DNA from: a virus
Length of the DNA: 64,000 bases
Strand: one strand, 5' to 3'
Virus record (IMG/VR): IMGVR_UViG_3300045988_161114
Span: 120,640 to 184,639 of that record
Shown piece by piece: positions 8,507 through 17,707 of this stretch. Every line of letters begins with the position of its first letter. The first letter of the stretch is position 1. A program made the position numbers and the translations under genes. Below the pieces are notes generated by a model. It was given only the letters and a program-made list of their open reading frames with translations. It was not told where the DNA came from and made no database searches.

Positions 8507-11500
8507 ATGGCTAACACTATCAACACAATCAACTTCTTTGCTTCTCTTCCTGAAGATCGTCAAACTGCTATCAAAGAGGTGGCGAATCAACTGGTATCGG
8601 CAATTGGAACGGTTGCTACAAATGAACATAGAGATGTTAAAATCTCTGTACACGGCGTAGAGATTGCGATGCGCATTAAATCTGTATCGCGTAAAGGCAA
8701 AGCGTTTGTGACCTTTGTTAAGGGTCGCAATAACGGAGCAGCTCTTCAATTAATGGGCGCCCTTAAACTTGTAGAGGGTCGCAACTATGCAGTCAATAGG
8801 GTTCTTTGCAGTGGTTACGAGTCTTTCGTTAACAAATTCTTTATGTTAAATAAAGAAACCACAATTGTTGAGAAGAAAAAAGAAGTTACTTTCCGTAAGG
8901 AAATCATCACTTCTGCGGAGGCATTCTTCGGTTTTGTTGTAAAATTGTCTTCCGATTCTAAAAACAAGATCGAAGATATTCTGGATGCTATGCGTCAACG
9001 TCCAGGTCTCAGATATGCGCCCGTATCACATATCATGCCGCGTGCTCAACTTGCCCAATACCGCATTCCTGGTTGGGAGATTGAAACTGGTGAACTGGAT
9101 AGCATGAATTTATCTCCAGACATCAATAGCAAGTTGGCGTCTATTGGTGCATTTAGCCAAGGCGCAGTTGATTCTATGGCTGCAGTGTTCGACAATGATA
9201 TGACATACAGCATCAATGATAGCACTAAGTCAATCGCCCGTTTTGGATTGAATCCATCTGAACATAAATCAGTATCTATAGGCGTTAAAAAAGTTGCAGT
9301 CATTGTAGGTGTCGATATGCCAGAAGGTTACAATCGTCTCAACGATAGCATCTATACTTCTATTGTTGGCGGTGCTATACATGCCAACAAAAATGAGTAC
9401 CTGAAATATGGTGCTGTCCGCGTCATCTCTGAGAACCATGCAAAAGGCGTGGCTGCCTTTATTGGTGATGAGTTTGAGGCTGCTGCTAAAGAACTTGGCG
9501 TTCAATACATCACAGGCAAATTAAAATCCAAGTCTGTAGGCTTAGGATATAATCTTGTTAGCAATGGTAAAAGCCTGAAGGAGTTTATCATTGACCTGTA
9601 CAACGATGCTGAATTCCGGGCTGAGGTAAACAACACTCTGGCTTCTTTTGTTAAAGAGGTTAAGATTGGCGGGCTTGTTTATAAAGTTATCATTATCAAC
9701 GAAGAGCTGCATGTAACTTCTTTCTATTCCCTGGAGGGATGGGAATATACTGAGAAGTTCCTGAACAAGCAAGAGGATATCAAATCTCATGCCTCTATTG
9801 ATGAGGCTGAGTTTGAATTATTGGGTGTTGAACAAATCGACGAGGATTCTTTATCCGAAGAGGAAATCGAGACTCTGAATGCTAGCAGCGTTATGAAATT
9901 GTTTATTGAAAGCATCAAAACCAACCCTGATTTCAAAGTAGGGGAAGAATTGCTTAATATGAAACGCGAAGGCCTGATCACTAAGAGCAAGAAAGTGGGC
10001 CGTATCTCTCTGTTGACCCTTGATTCTATTAAAGATCAATTTGGCGAAGAAGCCCTGAAGTCCTTCTTGGAGGCAAACATTGATAACTCATACCTGGTTG
10101 AGTCATCTATTATGACCAAAGACCTCTCTCCTCGTATTTATGAAGAGGGTGAAATCAAGTTCATCTTGAAAGAACTGTTTGATGATAGCATTGCTTATGC
10201 GGGTAACGGAACTCTGAAGGCAGGGAACTTTAAGTCTTATGGCAAGGACAAACAAATGATCTCCAACACGATCGATCGTTTGCTTAATGGTGATTCTTCA
10301 ATTGGTTGGGTTGGTCTGACCAATACGGGGTTTACTATTGAGTTTGCTGGATACGATTTTGTGTTCCCAGCATGGGGCAAACTTAAAGGCCAGATCATTC
10401 TTCCTAATGAGGATGATTTGAGTGAGGGCCTTATTGGTGGCAAGCTGGTGGGCACTTTGATGTCTATCTACCAAATGATCAAGTTCCAAAACAATAAAGG
10501 TGCTGTATTGACCTATGCCAAACATATGTTGACCTTAGAGCAACTGTTCTTGGGTAGCCGCATTACCAAGATGCGTATGTCTAATAATGCGAACATGATA
10601 CTGGTTCCACAAACAAAAGATCTGGTAAATGTATACACTACAAACAAGACTGTCCGCAAAGGTATCCAAGAAGATGGTCAGCTTGGCTATATCAAATACC
10701 CAGAATTGATGCTGCAATCATTCAAGTTGGTTAGCGCCAAGTCTGATACACCGTTCTGGACATCTTCTGAAGAATATTCTATTTTTGATATCCTGGAGGA
10801 GTCTGTTCTTCGCATTCCTCCAATGCTTGCTTTGTCCAACCAAGACGATTTCGACGGTGATAGAGCCACCGTTTTCTTTGCTAAAGGTCTTGATGGTTAC
10901 GATACCTGGACAACTGAACATACTCTTGGGAAAGATAATCTGATTGGTGCGTATCAGGCTGCATATGTTGCAGATGAAGAAGAGTCTTTGTTAAAAGGTT
11001 TGGATGTTATCAATGATAGCACTATTAAGTGCTATCCTGTTGAGGAGTTCCAAAGTGGTGTAGAAAAACTGGTTAAAGCTAAGCAGGATACCGGGAAATA
11101 TACCAATGCCTTGGTTCAATCAATTCCACTGTTCGAAGCCATGACTGCTTTGAAAGACGGTTTATCTAAAGAAGAGGCACGTATTGCTATTGCCTCTATG
11201 GGTGTTGCCGTACAGAACGGTGCAATTTCACAAATGAAGCATGAGAATAGGGGTTATTCACTTATCGATATGATGTACCTGTTCTCAGCTTCTGAGCGTA
11301 ATGCACACGACGACTCTATCTCTTTGGCTGATGCTTGGGAAGAGGCAATTGAGTCTACAGTCGGCAACAAGGAAATGGCACGTCGCATCTCCACAATTAT
11401 TGCTGAGAAGGCTCCACGTATCATCGAGCACAGCAACATGGTCAAACTTGGCAAAGTATACAGTGAGGGTGAGTACGATTACTACAACCACTTCGGTACA

Positions 11501-11857
11501 AGAGCTACAGGTCTGGCTTTGTCTCGTATGGGGTTTGGCTCATACATGCAAAACCTTAATGGTGTGATCTATTCCTCTATTGATGGAACCGAAGAGGAAA
11601 TCAAAGATTATGTAGATGCTACAATGTCTATTGGTCGTACATTTGATGACTTCTTCAAAGTGGTTGAGTCTCGTGGTACTAAGCACTCTACTGCTCCCAA
11701 AGCCAGCATCTACGGAGCAATAGGTATGTTCTTTGAAGCTGCCGAGAAAGCTGCCAAATCATTGAAAGCTATCCAAGCAATCAATGTGTTTGCTGAGCGT
11801 GAGGCCTCTTCAACTGTTGAGGAACAAGCTTCAGCCTTGAATGACATGGGCTTCTAA
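8507..11857 (+). CDS. Single-chain two-barrel RNA polymerase-like protein (YonO / RdRP-like class), paralogue 1
   Basis: 1116 aa. VLRIPPMLALSNQDDFDGDRATVFF (DFDGD at nt 10847-10861) matches the beta-prime NADFDGD metal loop and the strand before it. The upstream ENHAKGVAAFIG resembles the beta RHGNKGV motif. Confidence 0.75.
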   Translation: MANTINTINFFASLPEDRQTAIKEVANQLVSAIGTVATNEHRDVKISVHGVEIAMRIKSVSRKGKAFVTFVKGRNNGAALQLMGALKLVEGRNYAVNRVLCSGYESFVNKFFMLNKETTIVEKKKEVTFRKEIITSAEAFFGFVVKLSSDSKNKIEDILDAMRQRPGLRYAPVSHIMPRAQLAQYRIPGWEIETGELDSMNLSPDINSKLASIGAFSQGAVDSMAAVFDNDMTYSINDSTKSIARFGLNPSEHKSVSIGVKKVAVIVGVDMPEGYNRLNDSIYTSIVGGAIHANKNEYLKYGAVRVISENHAKGVAAFIGDEFEAAAKELGVQYITGKLKSKSVGLGYNLVSNGKSLKEFIIDLYNDAEFRAEVNNTLASFVKEVKIGGLVYKVIIINEELHVTSFYSLEGWEYTEKFLNKQEDIKSHASIDEAEFELLGVEQIDEDSLSEEEIETLNASSVMKLFIESIKTNPDFKVGEELLNMKREGLITKSKKVGRISLLTLDSIKDQFGEEALKSFLEANIDNSYLVESSIMTKDLSPRIYEEGEIKFILKELFDDSIAYAGNGTLKAGNFKSYGKDKQMISNTIDRLLNGDSSIGWVGLTNTGFTIEFAGYDFVFPAWGKLKGQIILPNEDDLSEGLIGGKLVGTLMSIYQMIKFQNNKGAVLTYAKHMLTLEQLFLGSRITKMRMSNNANMILVPQTKDLVNVYTTNKTVRKGIQEDGQLGYIKYPELMLQSFKLVSAKSDTPFWTSSEEYSIFDILEESVLRIPPMLALSNQDDFDGDRATVFFAKGLDGYDTWTTEHTLGKDNLIGAYQAAYVADEEESLLKGLDVINDSTIKCYPVEEFQSGVEKLVKAKQDTGKYTNALVQSIPLFEAMTALKDGLSKEEARIAIASMGVAVQNGAISQMKHENRGYSLIDMMYLFSASERNAHDDSISLADAWEEAIESTVGNKEMARRISTIIAEKAPRIIEHSNMVKLGKVYSEGEYDYYNHFGTRATGLALSRMGFGSYMQNLNGVIYSSIDGTEEEIKDYVDATMSIGRTFDDFFKVVESRGTKHSTAPKASIYGAIGMFFEAAEKAAKSLKAIQAINVFAEREASSTVEEQASALNDMGF

Positions 11858-11882
11858 GACTCCGTACCAACAAAAGAACAAA

Positions 11883-11937
11883 GACACTACCGCTCCGTTA
11901 CAAATTACTGTAGCGGAAAAGTAGTGTCGATTCTTTT
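11883..11937 (+). terminator. Conserved stem-loop element, copy 1 (long-stem variant)
   Basis: gacactaccgct...agcgg...gtagtgtc, then GATTCTTTT. Lies right after the RNAP-like gene. Confidence 0.5.
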
Positions 11938-11998
11938 GTGAGAACTTACTAAGGTTTCTAGTGAGATCATTAGTATGTACACTGTTTATTTAAAAGTG

Positions 11999-12030
11999 CC
12001 GGCACTCTTAAGGGTGAGTGTCGACACTTT
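11999..12030 (+). repeat. Conserved stem-loop element, copy 2 (degenerate, no T-tract)
   Basis: cgggcactc / gagtgtcg arms with one bulged G. Confidence 0.35.
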
Positions 12031-12062
12031 AATGATTATTTTGTTAACCCTTGGAGAGTATT

Positions 12063-12401
12063 ATGAACTACAACAAATTATTGAAGAAAGACCTTATCGC
12101 GTTACTGGTGAAGAAAGAGTCTGAGGTACAGGCTCTGACTAACAAGGTTGAGGAACTGACCTTGGCTTTACAACGTAATACCGGTGTTATGGAACAACGA
12201 CCTTTGATTGAATCCAATGCTCGTGAAGAGGTTTTGACGTTCGTTCAGAAACGGGATTTGTTGTTCCGTTTCCAAAGGGCATTTGGTACCAAGTTGTATG
12301 ATACTAGAATCAGTACTAATGGTGCTGAATGGCGTAGGAAAGGGGGTACATATGATACTCCGTGGAATCCTATTACTGAAGATACTTTTACTGGTAGGTA
12401 A
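12063..12401 (+). CDS. Hypothetical protein
   Basis: ATG at 12063 after a TGGAG RBS. The ORF-track start is that TTG. Confidence 0.7.
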   Translation: MNYNKLLKKDLIALLVKKESEVQALTNKVEELTLALQRNTGVMEQRPLIESNAREEVLTFVQKRDLLFRFQRAFGTKLYDTRISTNGAEWRRKGGTYDTPWNPITEDTFTGR

Positions 12402-12411
12402 AGCACTAGAG

Positions 12412-12447
12412 ATCGGCGCATTAATATGTGTGTGTCGATTTCTTTTT
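12412..12447 (+). terminator. Conserved stem-loop element, copy 3
   Basis: atcggcgca / tgtgtcgat arms (two G.T pairs), tail TTCTTTTTGAGG. Confidence 0.55.
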
Positions 12448-12483
12448 GAGGTTTTATACCTTGTGTGAGTGTAAGTAACTTTA

Positions 12484-12526
12484 TCGGCACCTTAAGCTTT
12501 ACGGCTTTCGGTGTCGACTCTTTTTT
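12484..12526 (+). terminator. Conserved stem-loop element, copy 4
   Basis: tcggcac / gtgtcga arms, 20-nt loop, tail CTCTTTTTTGATA. Confidence 0.55.
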
Positions 12527-12554
12527 GATATTAACTTTTTTAATGGAGATTGCT

Positions 12555-12755
12555 ATGTTTGTTCCTCATGTCAACTTTGCCAACACTGAAGTCTTAACAG
12601 CATACTTTGAAGAAAATGATCCCTTTGTAGAGATTAAAGAATACCAAGGGTACGTTAAAGCAGTTGATACCGAAACCGGTGAACGTGCTTTTTGGGTTAA
12701 AGGTCTTAATGGATTCTTAACATTCGATAGCAGTAATGCATCTTATTGCTGCTAA
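12555..12755 (+). CDS. Hypothetical small protein
   Basis: ATG at 12555 after a GGAG RBS. The upstream part of the track ORF overlaps hairpin copy 4. Confidence 0.6.
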   Translation: MFVPHVNFANTEVLTAYFEENDPFVEIKEYQGYVKAVDTETGERAFWVKGLNGFLTFDSSNASYCC

Positions 12756-12761
12756 TATTGG

Positions 12762-12795
12762 AATCGGCATCTATTGTAGGTGTCGATTTCTTTTT
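12762..12795 (+). terminator. Conserved stem-loop element, copy 5
   Basis: aatcggcatct / aggtgtcgatt arms, loop attgt, tail TCTTTTTGATTA. Confidence 0.6.
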
Positions 12796-12834
12796 GATTA
12801 TTTTTTTAACTTTTATGGCTATAGGAGGCCCCAA

Positions 12835-13191
12835 ATGAAATACATCCCTACTAAAAACATGTTCCAAATTTGGAATAACCCTGAAGAACGCAAAAAATTT
12901 GAGGACGCAGCACATGATGAAGCTAAAGAAAACTTCATTGCTGAACTCAAAGAAGAGGGCTATAAATCTGTTGAAGAGTACAAAGACTACCTGCGCGGAT
13001 ATAGCAGTGCAGATCTGTTCCATGATGTACTCGAATACCGTGAAGAACGGGACAGAGAGGATGATTTATCTAACCATCCAGATATCAGCCCGGAACAAAG
13101 TTTCCGCCATATGGTTTCATGTTTTGAGCATATCATTAACATCGATATCCATAATGACATCATCGAACAGTTAGACAGATTAGGTAAATAA
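12835..13191 (+). CDS. Hypothetical acidic protein
   Basis: ATG at 12835 after an AGGAGG RBS. 118 aa. Confidence 0.7.
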   Translation: MKYIPTKNMFQIWNNPEERKKFEDAAHDEAKENFIAELKEEGYKSVEEYKDYLRGYSSADLFHDVLEYREERDREDDLSNHPDISPEQSFRHMVSCFEHIINIDIHNDIIEQLDRLGK

Positions 13192-13204
13192 CAATCTATA
13201 AGAG

Positions 13205-13232
13205 TCGGCACATAAAGTGTCGATTCTTTTTT
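13205..13232 (+). terminator. Conserved stem-loop element, copy 6
   Basis: tcggcac / gtgtcga arms, loop ataaa, tail TTCTTTTTTGAG. Confidence 0.6.
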
Positions 13233-13267
13233 GAGTAAAACCTTTTATACGGAGAAAGGAATCCAAA

Positions 13268-13501
13268 ATGTTTGTTGTAGACAAAAAGGACTTTGATGTC
13301 CAACTTAAAAACAAAATTCAGGAGTGTATTAATAATCCTGAATTACAAGATATTATGCATGCAGATAATGGTAATTCTGTTATCTGCGGCTTTGGATACG
13401 TACAAGTCATCAATACAGATGGCGATGTATTGTATCAAGTTAATCATACGGGGATGGATGTGGTAGCTGATATTCGTAAGATTTGCGGTATCACTTACTA
13501 A
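13268..13501 (+). CDS. Hypothetical protein
   Basis: 77 aa with a GGAGAAAGGA RBS. Confidence 0.7.
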   Translation: MFVVDKKDFDVQLKNKIQECINNPELQDIMHADNGNSVICGFGYVQVINTDGDVLYQVNHTGMDVVADIRKICGITY

Positions 13502-13511
13502 TACAGAAGAG

Positions 13512-13539
13512 TCGGCGCTTTTAGTGTCGATTCTTTTTT
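13512..13539 (+). terminator. Conserved stem-loop element, copy 7
   Basis: tcggcgct / agtgtcga arms, tail TTCTTTTTTGAAG. Confidence 0.6.
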
Positions 13540-13608
13540 GAAGAAAGTTGTTTTTCATAGGATTAGTGTCGACGGGGTCCCTTTTCTCCGCCTGCTCTTC
13601 GTAGTGAA

Positions 13609-13647
13609 AGTCGCCACACCTCCCTAGGGCAGTGTCGACTTCTTTTT
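13609..13647 (+). terminator. Conserved stem-loop element, copy 8
   Basis: agtcgccac / gtgtcgact arms (one C.T mismatch), tail TCTTTTTGATTA. An orphan GTGTCGAC half-site lies at 13566-13573. Confidence 0.5.
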
Positions 13648-13680
13648 GATTATTAACCATGTCTTAGAAAGGACAGCACC

Positions 13681-14058
13681 ATGAAAATCATTTTCTCACC
13701 TAAAGAAGTATCCGCCGCAAAAGAATTCAAATCTAAATTCTTTAGTCTGATTGAAAAGACCGCTGAAAAGGTTTGCATTGTAACCGGTAAAGATCCGAAA
13801 CTGGCTAAGACTAAAGCCAAAGAATTCTTGAATAAGGATATTGTTACAGTATCAAATGAAGAATCTGGTGCATCTATTGTTGAAGTAGATGAAAAATGGG
13901 TTACTGGTTTCATTGATAAATTTGGTGAAACTGTTTATGCTTGGATTGATGTTGGTTTCAATGTCATGGTATCCTGTTTACCATTGGCCAATATCGCATT
14001 CTTTAAGCAAAAAGAGCTTGGTGAACACATGAAACAGTTGAACAAAAAAGATTACTAA
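13681..14058 (+). CDS. Hypothetical protein
   Basis: 125 aa with a TAGAAAGGA RBS motif. Confidence 0.75.
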   Translation: MKIIFSPKEVSAAKEFKSKFFSLIEKTAEKVCIVTGKDPKLAKTKAKEFLNKDIVTVSNEESGASIVEVDEKWVTGFIDKFGETVYAWIDVGFNVMVSCLPLANIAFFKQKELGEHMKQLNKKDY

Positions 14059-14066
14059 TTTGAATC

Positions 14067-14108
14067 ATCGGCACTAGACAAATTAACGTTTAGTGTCGAT
14101 TTTTTATT
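14067..14108 (+). terminator. Conserved stem-loop element, copy 9
   Basis: atcggcacta / tagtgtcgat arms, 14-nt loop, tail TTTTTATTGAAAG. Confidence 0.6.
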
Positions 14109-14136
14109 GAAAGCCATCTAATAGAAAGGAAATGAT

Positions 14137-15072
14137 ATGGCCGACAAAGCAAAAGCTGCGAGAAAGCAGTTGCATAATATTGCAAACGGTATTAAGAATG
14201 CCGCGAAAGGTTATGCTGCTGCTATTGATCAGTCAGTTAAAAAACTCAATGAAGAAAAGGTTATCGCCGGCTTTATTGAGTACAAAACAGTAGCACACGA
14301 ATACATTAAAAATGGTGTACTCGATACGGATCCATACGATGTTATGGATGAAACTAAACCCGAAACCAAACTTGGCAATGTTGCCGATTCAATTTTCACC
14401 AATTACAAGGAAGCCATCATGAAAACCGTAAACGCTAAAAACTTCAAATCTCAACAAGTTCTGGACGCTGAAATGAAAGAAATCAGCAAACTGGACGAAT
14501 CCGGTGTACTGTTGCTGCACTCTGCTGTTGTGAAAGCCAACAAGGAATATATGGCCAACCAAAGCGAAGAAAACAAGGTACGTCTGTATGTTGAAGTTCG
14601 CAAATACATCCGTGCTGTTGCTCACTTTGGTACTAATGATATTACCGGTATCACTATTGCTCAAAGCAATATGGAAGCTGTGAATGAGGTTGCTTCTGAT
14701 ATTTTGTCAGAATTGAAGATGAATGTCAGCACTCATGAAGAAGCTGAAGCTATTGTAGAATCCGTTAAAGATTCTATTAAGCAAACTCCTGAAGCCGTTA
14801 AGAAAGGCTGGACAGGTTCTATTATGGTCGGCCTCACCAAGGTTGGCGGTCTGTTGTGGGACTTTGCCAAAGGTGTTGTATGCTATGTTTATAATGGCGC
14901 TAAGAAAGTAATTGGTTCCATTATCAAAGTATCTGCGCTGGCATTGTCTTGTATCATCGATCTGCTGGACGCCGCTACTACCAAAGACTTTGGTGCTAGT
15001 GGTGCCAAAGGCATCATCCGTAAAGGTATGGTTGCCATGACTAATGTCGAAGAAGAAGCTGTTGCAGCATGA
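14137..15072 (+). CDS. Hypothetical protein with hydrophobic C-terminal region
   Basis: 311 aa with a TAGAAAGGA RBS. Codon usage is less AT-biased than in neighbouring genes. Confidence 0.8.
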   Translation: MADKAKAARKQLHNIANGIKNAAKGYAAAIDQSVKKLNEEKVIAGFIEYKTVAHEYIKNGVLDTDPYDVMDETKPETKLGNVADSIFTNYKEAIMKTVNAKNFKSQQVLDAEMKEISKLDESGVLLLHSAVVKANKEYMANQSEENKVRLYVEVRKYIRAVAHFGTNDITGITIAQSNMEAVNEVASDILSELKMNVSTHEEAEAIVESVKDSIKQTPEAVKKGWTGSIMVGLTKVGGLLWDFAKGVVCYVYNGAKKVIGSIIKVSALALSCIIDLLDAATTKDFGASGAKGIIRKGMVAMTNVEEEAVAA

Positions 15073-15341
15073 TATATGCAGACGCTTCTGAAGTTGGCAA
15101 AGGTGTATTCTTAATTGGATACATCTCTGCTAACAATAGCAAAAGGGCTTATAAGCGCATTAAAGCAAAAGACAATAATGTTGCAGAAAGAGCCGCAATT
15201 GAATTTGCTTTACAGAATAGCGATGGGGAAGTTGTTGCTAGTGACAGTTTAAACAATGTTACTGGTATTAATAACCCACAGGTTGTGTTTGTTCCTCGTA
15301 GCAATAACTTGGCAGACCTGTACATCAAAAGCTGTAAATAG
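15069..15341 (+). CDS. Small RNase H-fold (RVT_3-like) protein
   Basis: 90 aa. YADAS...AERAAIEFAL...ASDSL...VFVPRSNNLADLY follows the D-E-D-D pattern of RNase H-like domains. Confidence 0.55.
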   Translation: MIYADASEVGKGVFLIGYISANNSKRAYKRIKAKDNNVAERAAIEFALQNSDGEVVASDSLNNVTGINNPQVVFVPRSNNLADLYIKSCK

Positions 15342-15349
15342 AAATAAAG

Positions 15350-15386
15350 ATCGACACTCCATCATAGTGAGTGTCGATTTTTTATT
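15350..15386 (+). terminator. Conserved stem-loop element, copy 10
   Basis: atcgacactc / gagtgtcgat form a perfect 10-bp stem, tail TTTTTTATTGAGG. Confidence 0.6.
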
Positions 15387-15454
15387 GAGGATAATGTTGT
15401 CCTCATTAACGGGTATTCGCCCACTTTTATTCTATTTTAAAAAAGGATCTTAAA

Positions 15455-16894
15455 ATGAACCAACAAGCAAACTTTGAAATCAACCCAGCTCGCATCATCT
15501 CTGTTGTACGCAACAACCCTGAAGACTTCCATGAAGTATCCGGTACTGTATACATGCCACGTCCTGAAAATCGTCGTGTGATTTACAGCATCAACCGCCG
15601 CGATACTGATAACGGTCCGGTATTCAGTGTTTACCGTACTCAGAATGTAATGGTGCCTGCGCCTTACAGCAATACCCGTAATGCCCGTGCTACCGGTTGG
15701 GTTATGGCAAATGCCGATGACCATTGGTCTGTAGCACAAAAAGGTGCTGTTGACTTTGTTAACACTCCTGTTGGTGACCATAACCACTGGGCAATGGAAA
15801 CAGCTCTGAAAAGCGATGTTTTCAATGCAATGTCAGTACAAGGTCAATGGACTTATACTTTTGTATGTCCGTCCGATGCAGTAAAACAGTCAGAGTATGA
15901 CGTTATCAACCGTAATGCTTTGGCCATTTTGGGTTTGCAGTCTCAAAAAGAAAACCTGTCTACAATGAACAGCCAATATGTTCACAATACCGGTGAAATC
16001 CGTACTATTGAAAAGGCAATGAATGTTAATGCCATCAATCAGCGTATGGAAGAACTGTACAAAGAATATTTGGTTCAAGTTGCTAAACTGGTCAAAGAAG
16101 AAAAACTGTTTAAAGGTGTAGCGATTTATGCTAACCGCGACACCCTTTTACCGATCGCATTGCCAGAACTTGGTGCTGGTTACGGTCGTGTTGGTAGCAC
16201 AGCAAAAGACTTGTGGGAAAACACTTTGTTCCCTGCAAGCCGCGTAATTGCTGGTTTATTTATGGTAGGTAAAGCAACAGTCAATATGGCTGATGTTGAT
16301 CCTTTGCATTCTGACTTCACCTGCGGTATTCAAGTTACCCAAAACAGCGAGACACAATATACTCGCCGCATTGTTGAAGTAACTAATCCTCAAGGTAATA
16401 AGATTGCAATCCGTACTACTTTGTATGATAACAATCGTGGCAATAGCAATAGCCGTCCTGAAGCCTTTGAACGTGGTATCACTAGCAATCCTGCTATTAT
16501 TTACCAAGCCGGTAACCGTGTAACTATGGAAAGCCGTATTCAAGGTCAAGGACAGCCCTGGGTTACTGTACCGAATATCGTGATTTCCGAATACATCTTC
16601 GACCGCGCTGGTAGTGGTGTTGCCGCTCCTGTCGTATCAGAAGACTTCGATATGTTTGCTGCTCCTGTAGCGACTGTTGAAGAAGTTGAAGAAATCGATA
16701 TCAACAAGATCGAAACAGTAAGCTCTGAAGCTCCGAAAGAGCAAACAGGTGTACAAGCAGCACGTGCACGTCGTTTGGCTCGTGGTACTAAACAGGCTGC
16801 TGAAGAAAAAGAATCAACCCAAACAGTTGATGAATTGCTCTCCGGCGCTGATGGTACTGTAGATCAAGGTGAACAAGAAGAACCTGCTGCTTAA
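15455..16894 (+). CDS. Abundant-looking protein of unknown function with acidic C-terminal tail
   Basis: 479 aa. Flanked by strong hairpins. Codon usage is the least AT-biased in the window. Tail: ...DGTVDQGEQEEPAA. Confidence 0.85.
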   Translation: MNQQANFEINPARIISVVRNNPEDFHEVSGTVYMPRPENRRVIYSINRRDTDNGPVFSVYRTQNVMVPAPYSNTRNARATGWVMANADDHWSVAQKGAVDFVNTPVGDHNHWAMETALKSDVFNAMSVQGQWTYTFVCPSDAVKQSEYDVINRNALAILGLQSQKENLSTMNSQYVHNTGEIRTIEKAMNVNAINQRMEELYKEYLVQVAKLVKEEKLFKGVAIYANRDTLLPIALPELGAGYGRVGSTAKDLWENTLFPASRVIAGLFMVGKATVNMADVDPLHSDFTCGIQVTQNSETQYTRRIVEVTNPQGNKIAIRTTLYDNNRGNSNSRPEAFERGITSNPAIIYQAGNRVTMESRIQGQGQPWVTVPNIVISEYIFDRAGSGVAAPVVSEDFDMFAAPVATVEEVEEIDINKIETVSSEAPKEQTGVQAARARRLARGTKQAAEEKESTQTVDELLSGADGTVDQGEQEEPAA

Positions 16895-16909
16895 TGTAGT
16901 AAAAGAAAA

Positions 16910-16938
16910 GGTCCCACTTTTAGGAGTGGGATCTTTTT
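16910..16938 (+). terminator. Rho-independent terminator
   Basis: ggtcccact / agtgggatc stem followed by TTTTT. Confidence 0.7.
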
Positions 16939-16968
16939 ATGATTAAATTCTTGTTGGAGGTAATAAAA

Positions 16969-17310
16969 ATGGATATTAAAGATATCAATGTTGGCCAAAT
17001 CGTTGTAGATAAATTCGGGAATGAATACGAAGTTATCGACACTGATATATCCCAGTGTATTGCAAAATTGAAATGCACCAAGTTTGTAACAGAAAGTCGT
17101 ACAGATCCTGTTTTTAAATTTGACAGGCTCGGTAAAGTACTTTGGGTTGGTTCAAATGGTGTATATCCAGGATATGATGTTACCTCAGATATTCTTATTC
17201 AAACGTTAAAATTAAAGGTCGGCAATAAAAATTCGGATAACGAACTTGAAGAGCTTAAAAAGCGAGTAGAGCGTTTAGAGAAATTAGTTGGCGTAACTAA
17301 TTTGAGTTAA
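16969..17310 (+). CDS. Hypothetical protein (DKFGN-repeat family, paralogue of 40222..40869)
   Basis: ATG at 16969 after a GGAGG RBS. MDIKDINVGQIVVDKFGNEYEV... aligns with MKLEDIKIGQFLKDKFGNRYKV.... Confidence 0.7.
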   Translation: MDIKDINVGQIVVDKFGNEYEVIDTDISQCIAKLKCTKFVTESRTDPVFKFDRLGKVLWVGSNGVYPGYDVTSDILIQTLKLKVGNKNSDNELEELKKRVERLEKLVGVTNLS

Positions 17311-17446
17311 CAATCATAAAAGAGTATGATTTTATATCATTTCTTATGGCTATTATTGTTATACTATCAACAATAGGAATATTGTATATATTAGAGGCGG
17401 TAATAACTTTATTATTTAAGTTTCTTTTTTGTGTAGAGGTGTTGAT

Positions 17447-17707
17447 ATGTTTGTATTTGGAAGTGTTTGGGATTACTTGCTATATAATTCAATTGTAAAT
17501 AATCCTATCGGATTGTTATACATAATTGGGTTGGTAGTATATACAGCGCTTATAGTAGTTAATCTATCCGCCGCCGTTGATAAGATTAAGTGGTTTAAGA
17601 AACGACAAAATAGTCAAATCTTTATCACAATACTAATACTAATCTCTATTGTATTAGGACATATAGCAACTGTATTAACAGGTAAGCTAATTTCTGTCCT
17701 GATATAG
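17447..17707 (+). CDS. Small membrane protein
   Basis: ATG at 17447 after a GAGGTG RBS. Has two or three hydrophobic segments. Confidence 0.6.
   Translation: MFVFGSVWDYLLYNSIVNNPIGLLYIIGLVVYTALIVVNLSAAVDKIKWFKKRQNSQIFITILILISIVLGHIATVLTGKLISVLI

Noticed and set aside
8474-11567. About 15 ORFs of 60-91 aa antisense to, or out of frame within, the first RNAP-like gene.
   Set aside because: All are nested inside a 1116-aa ORF with clear catalytic motifs. They have no RBS and odd composition, so they are typical shadow ORFs.
12245-13211. Overlapping alternative-frame ORFs (e.g. 12245..12490 minus, 12283..12468, 12706..13023 minus, 12899..13174, 12987..13211 minus).
   Set aside because: They run across the conserved hairpin elements or lie inside better-supported RBS-preceded genes.
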